A stretch of 64,000 nt of DNA from Bryobacterales bacterium (GTDB taxonomy: Bacteria > Acidobacteriota > Terriglobia > Bryobacterales > UBA6623): positions 88,470 through 152,469 of the forward strand of contig JAPPLB010000069.1 in NCBI GenBank assembly GCA_028819575.1. The letters are read 5' to 3'. The notes under the pieces are model-generated. The model was not told where the DNA came from. It saw only the letters and a list, made by a program, of their open reading frames with translations, and did not search any database. The position numbers and the translations under genes are program-made. Numbering within the stretch: the first letter of the stretch is position 1; each line of letters begins with the position of its first letter. Below, one piece after another: positions 59,438-64,000 of the stretch.

Positions 59438-60415
59438 TTGAATATCACAACCCTTGGATCAACAGGCTTGAAGGTCGGCCGAATCGGCCTCGGCTGCACG
59501 ACCTTCGGACGCGAAATCGACGAGGCCACGAGCTTCGCCATCATGGACTACGCGCTGGCGAACGGCATTACTCTCTTCGACACCGCCGAGGCCTACGGCG
59601 GCGGCGAGGCCAAGGAGTACCGCAAGAACTATCTCGGCGTAGTGGACAACCGCGAAGTGACGGACGAAGCGCACTCGTCCGAGAAGATCGTCGGGCGATG
59701 GCTGGCGAGCCGCAAGCGCCGCGACCAGATCACTCTTTGCACCAAGGTCACGACGAACCACAGCCGGGAGCACGTCTCACAAGCTCTCGACGCCAGTCTC
59801 GAACGGTTGCAAACCGACTTTGTGGATATCTACATGTATCACAGCTTCGACTCTGATACGCCGGTCGACGAAAGGGTATCCGCGATGGACCAGGCCGTAC
59901 GCTCGGGCAAGGCCCGTCATGCCGCCTGCAGCAACTACGACGCCGAGCAACTGCGCGAGGCATTGCAAACCGCCGCGAGGCTGGGGATGCGTCCGTTCGA
60001 AGTGATTGAACCGAACTACAACCTCCTGGTCCGCGACATCGAGTCAGAGACGCTGCCGCTCTGTCAGGAAAACGGTATCGGAGTCATGAGTTACAGCCCT
60101 TTGGGAGCCGGTTTTCTCACCGGCAAGTACACGCCCGATCGGAACGCCTTCCCGGAACGCACGCGTTTTCACGTCATCCCGGGCCACGCCGACATCTATT
60201 TCAGCGAAAAGAACTTCGCAATCGTCGACAAGCTGCACGACTTCGCCGAGCGCGTGGGTGTTCCGGCCCTGCGGCTGGCCATCGGCTGGGTACTCAAGAA
60301 CCCCGCGGTGGACACCGTCCTGGTCGGGGCCCGTTCCACCGCTCATCTCGACAACGCCATCGCGGCGGAAGCCATGGAGATCCCGGCAGCCTGGCATGCG
60401 GAACTGTCGGCCTAA
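59438..60415 (+). CDS. aldo/keto reductase
   Basis: 325 aa with a TTG start. LGSTGLKVGRIGLGCTTFG, FDTAEAYGGGE, MYHSFD and GVMSYSPLGAGFLTGKY are AKR signatures. Confidence 0.9.
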   Translation: MNITTLGSTGLKVGRIGLGCTTFGREIDEATSFAIMDYALANGITLFDTAEAYGGGEAKEYRKNYLGVVDNREVTDEAHSSEKIVGRWLASRKRRDQITLCTKVTTNHSREHVSQALDASLERLQTDFVDIYMYHSFDSDTPVDERVSAMDQAVRSGKARHAACSNYDAEQLREALQTAARLGMRPFEVIEPNYNLLVRDIESETLPLCQENGIGVMSYSPLGAGFLTGKYTPDRNAFPERTRFHVIPGHADIYFSEKNFAIVDKLHDFAERVGVPALRLAIGWVLKNPAVDTVLVGARSTAHLDNAIAAEAMEIPAAWHAELSA

Positions 60416-60451
60416 GCCTGCATTTCTCGCCATGTGGTGAGAAATGCAGGC
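60416..60451. repeat. minimal Y derivative: the two Y termini fused into a 12-bp-stem hairpin
   Basis: gcctgcatttctc-gccatgtggt-gagaaatgcaggc. It abuts the TAA stop of the AKR gene and lies between convergent genes, so it could act as a bidirectional terminator. Confidence 0.6.
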
Positions 60452-60459
60452 CGGCAGCC

Positions 60460-62070
60460 CTACTCAGTCCAAAGGGCGTAAAGGCTTGCCTGATTCAGAT
60501 GGATCTTCAGCCGCACCGTGCGGTCGCTCAGGTCCGCCCAATCGCTCTGCTTCCAGCTCACCGGCAGCCGTATGGCGTCACCGACGACCGGAATGGCATC
60601 CCCGCTCGTGAACCCGGCGACAGCGCGGCCCGATGGGTCGACGACCTCCACCCGCGCGCTTCCGCGCCTCCCGGCGTCCAGGTTGAGAAAGAGCCTGCCG
60701 CCAGACGCCTTCAGAGGTTTCGTGAGCAGGTAACCGCCGTTGGCGCCGGCATCCAGAGAGACGAATCCGTCACGGCGTAGAACCGCAAGGCAAACTGCGC
60801 TGTGCGTGTCGTCCAACCAATCAGCCCGTTCCATGGGCGACAGAGTTTCAGGGGACCTAGGACTCCCGTCCGTGTAACGGTCGTGCTGCTCCACCCGGCG
60901 CTTCATGCCGGTGTAGTAGAACCACAGCTCGTCGCCGCGGTCGACCGGACGATTGGACACCATGAGCTGCAAACGGTCATAGTTCCCGACGAGGCCCTCG
61001 TCGAGACGTGACGGGCCAATGAACGGCTCGCGATTCCCGAGCCGCCGCCAGTTCTTCAGGTCCCGCGTCATCGCCAACTGGATCAGGTGGAAGCCATCGG
61101 TGTTGCGCCATTCCGGCAATCTTTGTCCCGTCGGGTAGAAGATCATCAGCCAACCCATGTAGATTCCCTCGTAGGGAAAAACGCCGATGTTGTAACACTC
61201 GGCCCGCCAGGTCGCCCTGAGTTGCCGTCCTTCCGGCGGCCGCCAGCCGATTGCCGGATCGGGGTCGATCTGTAACGGCTTGGCCAGGCCGGGGTCCGCC
61301 AATCTGCGGCGGATCGTCTCGACAGCAAGCCGTTGATCCTCGTCATCGGTCCCGAACAGGTAGCGGGGCTCGCTCCACGTGACGAAGTCCCTGCTCGTCG
61401 AGAGGTTATAGGAGCGGCCGTACTTGCCCTGGAACTTCAGCAACCCCAGGAACAGTCCGCGTTCGCGGTCGTAGGTCAACGTGCCGGCGTCGCTGGAGGG
61501 CAGCCGCGGCGTTTCAACAAGACTCCAGTTCAGGCCATCCGGACTTACCGCCGGCCGGCGGCCGCTCGACCCCACGAAACCCTTGTAGCGCCGCTTCGGG
61601 TCGGGATCGTCGGGATCGAGAACCACGTGCCACAGGCGTTCATCGTCCGGCGTCGGGAAGAGATTGTTGTCCTTCGAACCGTCAAGCTCGACAAGACCCA
61701 AATGCGGTTTTCGCCACTTCACTCCGTCTTCGGAAACCGCAAGGGCGTAGCGGTGCCGGCTGAAGTCCCCGTAACGCGCTTCATAGAAGAGCTTGTACAG
61801 TCCTTCCTCTTCGATCCAGATCGGCGCGGAGACGGCCGCGATGTACTTCCCATCCGACGGAACGTCCGCCGTCAGCACCGGACCCCGCTTGCCCGGCCGG
61901 TGCATGACGCGGCTCAAACCGGAAAGATCTTCTACAACGTGGTCGTCAAGGAACAGTTGTTTCTCGCCGGGTTTCAGGGATATCGGACCGTCCGGCTGTG
62001 CATGGACGGCAGCCAGGCAGAGCAGCCCGGCACACGTCAATCTCAGGATATTCCGCGTGAAGTATTTCAT
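60460..62070 (-). CDS. secreted glycoside-hydrolase-like beta-propeller protein (GH32/43-clan-like) with C-terminal beta-sandwich
   Basis: 536 aa with signal peptide LCLAAVHAQP. It has the N-terminal pattern LFLDDHVVEDL...YKLFYEA...LAVSEDGVKWRKP. The C-terminal module is RRDGFVSLDAG...LFLNLDA...RVEVVD...VRLKIHLNQASLYALW. The family call is from pattern only. Confidence 0.5.
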   Translation of the reverse strand: MKYFTRNILRLTCAGLLCLAAVHAQPDGPISLKPGEKQLFLDDHVVEDLSGLSRVMHRPGKRGPVLTADVPSDGKYIAAVSAPIWIEEEGLYKLFYEARYGDFSRHRYALAVSEDGVKWRKPHLGLVELDGSKDNNLFPTPDDERLWHVVLDPDDPDPKRRYKGFVGSSGRRPAVSPDGLNWSLVETPRLPSSDAGTLTYDRERGLFLGLLKFQGKYGRSYNLSTSRDFVTWSEPRYLFGTDDEDQRLAVETIRRRLADPGLAKPLQIDPDPAIGWRPPEGRQLRATWRAECYNIGVFPYEGIYMGWLMIFYPTGQRLPEWRNTDGFHLIQLAMTRDLKNWRRLGNREPFIGPSRLDEGLVGNYDRLQLMVSNRPVDRGDELWFYYTGMKRRVEQHDRYTDGSPRSPETLSPMERADWLDDTHSAVCLAVLRRDGFVSLDAGANGGYLLTKPLKASGGRLFLNLDAGRRGSARVEVVDPSGRAVAGFTSGDAIPVVGDAIRLPVSWKQSDWADLSDRTVRLKIHLNQASLYALWTE

Positions 62071-62430
62071 GGCTTGATTCCGGCCCCTCGTGTAGCGGCT
62101 TTCCTACCCACAACCGACCTATCCACAACCGAAATGAAACTGACAGTTTATCCGCAAACGAACTACTTCCGCTGTTACAAGACCGCTGGACCGGACAAAC
62201 GATTCTTCGTCCGCGCACTCACCAATCGCTTTTTTTCAGCCGACCCGATTTTGCCGAGTCCGAACGAATGCTTGCCGAAAAAGCGAAGGGAAACTACCGC
62301 TTCTCCGTTCGGACGGAGAGCCTTCCTCTCGTCGAATCAGGAGCAGTCTCGCCTGCCGCTCCATCGAAAGGGTTCGTCACGCTTCCCAACCGGCACGCGT
62401 TGTGATAGGGTTCCGTGCGTGGAGGGAATC

Positions 62431-63726
62431 ATGCGTCCGATCCGGCTTCTCACCGTTCTTTCCGTCACGCTCCTGTTGCTGCATTGCGCCGGGCCTCCCC
62501 CCGAACCGGAGGAGGGGCTGTACGCCTTCGTGGGCGCGTCGGTAATCGACGGCACAGGCAACCCGCCCATCGAAGATGCCGTTCTGATTGTGCGGGACGG
62601 ACGCATCGAAGACGTCGGCGCGAAGGAAGTTCTACCGCCGCCCGCGACGGCGAATCTCGTTGACGTCAGCGGCAAGACGATCATTCCCGGCCTGATCAAC
62701 ACCCACGGGCACGTCGGCCAGACGAAAGGACTCGAATCCGGGCCTGATGTCTACAGCAAGGACAATGTGCTGGCGCAACTTCAACTCTATGCCCGCTATG
62801 GAGTAACGACCGTCGTGAGCATGGGCGGCGACGGGCCGGAAGCAATCGAACTGCGCGACGGGCAGGATACGCAGGACCTGGACCGCGCGCGCATCTATGC
62901 TGCCGGCGCCGTCGTCGTCGGCCGAACGCCGGCAGCCGTCACCAAGATGATCGACGATAACGCGGCCATGAAAGTGGACTGGATCAAAATCCGCGTCGAC
63001 GACAACCTCGGATCCAGCCGCAAGATGCGGCCCAACGTCTACCAGGCGGTCATCGAACACGCACATCGCAAAGGCATCAGGGTGGCCGCGCATCTCTACT
63101 ACCTGGATGACGCCAAGGGACTGCTCGACAAGGAGGTCGATTTCATCGTGCACAGCGTGCGCGACCAGGAAGTCGATCAGGAGTTGATCGACGCTCTGCT
63201 GTCGAACGAAGTCTGCCTCTGTCCGACATTGACGCGAGAGGTCTCGACCTTCATCTACGAGAGCGAACCGGACTTCTTTACTGATCCTTTCTTCCTGAAA
63301 GAGACCGACCCGGACGTGATCGAGCAACTCAAGGACCCGGAACGCCAGAAAACGATACAGCAGAGCAAGAGCGCACAGCAGTACAAGAAGGCGCTGCAAG
63401 TCGCTTCGGAAAATCTGAAAAAACTCGCCGATGCCGGCGTGACCATCGCGTTCGGCACCGACAGCGGGCCGCCAGCGCGCTTCCAGGGATATTTCGAGCA
63501 CATGGAACTGGATCTGATGGTGAAGGCCGGGCTGACGCCGATGCAAGCCATCATGGCCGCGACCGGCCAGGCTGCGGATTGCCTGAACCTCCACCGCGTA
63601 GGCACGCTCACTCGAGGCAAGTGGGCGGACATGATCGTGCTCAACGAAGACCCGCTGGAGGACATCAAGAACACCAAGTCCGTCGACAGCGTCTACATCG
63701 CGGGCAACAAGGTTCCCGGAAAATAG
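62431..63726 (+). CDS. amidohydrolase-family lipoprotein
   Basis: The 797-aa ORF 61333..63726 is mostly antisense shadow. ATG 62431 (GGAGGG upstream) gives MRPIRLLTVLSVTLLLLHCAG. IIPGLINTHGHVG (HxH), VAAHLYY, IVHSV and FGTDSG follow. Confidence 0.85.
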   Translation: MRPIRLLTVLSVTLLLLHCAGPPPEPEEGLYAFVGASVIDGTGNPPIEDAVLIVRDGRIEDVGAKEVLPPPATANLVDVSGKTIIPGLINTHGHVGQTKGLESGPDVYSKDNVLAQLQLYARYGVTTVVSMGGDGPEAIELRDGQDTQDLDRARIYAAGAVVVGRTPAAVTKMIDDNAAMKVDWIKIRVDDNLGSSRKMRPNVYQAVIEHAHRKGIRVAAHLYYLDDAKGLLDKEVDFIVHSVRDQEVDQELIDALLSNEVCLCPTLTREVSTFIYESEPDFFTDPFFLKETDPDVIEQLKDPERQKTIQQSKSAQQYKKALQVASENLKKLADAGVTIAFGTDSGPPARFQGYFEHMELDLMVKAGLTPMQAIMAATGQAADCLNLHRVGTLTRGKWADMIVLNEDPLEDIKNTKSVDSVYIAGNKVPGK

Positions 63727-63986
63727 CAGCCCGTGGTGAAAGTCACGCGGGCGGCGTTACGCGCCGGGGGCCGATGGAGTAACGCCTGGTCATTCGAGGA
63801 ACAGGGCGCTGCACCCTCTGTGCCGTTGACCGGAATCGGCGCGTAACCCTTCGGGCGACGGACATTTGCGGCCGTCGGCTTTGTCGTTCGTCGGAGGAGA
63901 TCACCCGGATCGCCATCCTCCTCACTCCGCGCCGAGCGACCGCAGGAGCCCGCCGCGCCTTCCACGGGACCTTCACCACGGGCTGC
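63726..63986 (+). repeat. repeat family X, copy X2 (apparently complete, with terminal inverted repeats)
   Basis: Begins at the G of the TAG stop. The left end gcagcccgtggtgaaagt and right end accttcaccacgggctgc are reverse complements (17 of 18). The core is near-identical to X1. Confidence 0.7.
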
Positions 63987-64000
63987 CGGGCCTCACCGGC

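Noticed and set aside
61333-62430. N-terminal 366 residues of the 797-aa plus-strand ORF 61333..63726
   Set aside because: This part is antisense to the well-supported minus-strand gene 60460..62070 and then crosses an intergenic region. A lipoprotein signal with an SD begins at 62431, which is the real start.
42820-63986. Possibility that the X/Y/Z repeats form a CRISPR array
   Set aside because: The copies are kilobases apart, of different lengths and separated by genes. There are no regularly spaced short repeats and no cas genes.

Overview
High-GC (about 60%+) bacterial chromosomal segment. Its gene content (PSCyt/DUF1549/DUF1553 + DUF1501 pairs, many twin-arginine-signal enzymes, sulfatase, BNR proteins) looks like Acidobacteriota or Planctomycetota; this lineage call is inference only. 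I support about 48 protein-coding genes, mostly catabolic or envelope functions plus housekeeping (glgA, trxA, nagA, ilvE, amtB-glnK). There is one TacA/TacT-like toxin-antitoxin pair, one frameshifted proline dehydrogenase pseudogene, and gene debris of an AIR-synthase-family paralogue. I saw no rRNA, tRNA or CRISPR array. The features not explained by ordinary genes are intergenic. (1) Three repeat families: Y, a 179-bp foldback MITE with perfect terminal inverted repeats and TA flanks; X, a 210-260-nt element that begins at stop codons and has a near-identical ~90-nt hairpin-rich core; Z, a ~75-nt direct repeat bracketing the DUF1501-YVTN block. They are nested in one another. (2) A ~0.7-kb low-GC islet with two tightly linked orphan ORFs sits in the amtB/porin divergent region. 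(3) A candidate sigma-54 circuit: a histidine kinase and NtrC-type activator lie divergent from a lipoprotein hydrolase/ABC exporter operon that carries a -24/-12-like motif. (4) A TAT-exported Gfo/Idh/MocA dehydrogenase is translationally coupled to an N-terminally anchored NqrF-like flavin reductase. (5) An ECF sigma factor has a ~300-aa C-terminal extension and no adjacent anti-sigma. All calls come from reading translations and hand alignment; no database search was run. Many long ORFs in the six-frame track are antisense shadow ORFs typical of high-GC DNA.
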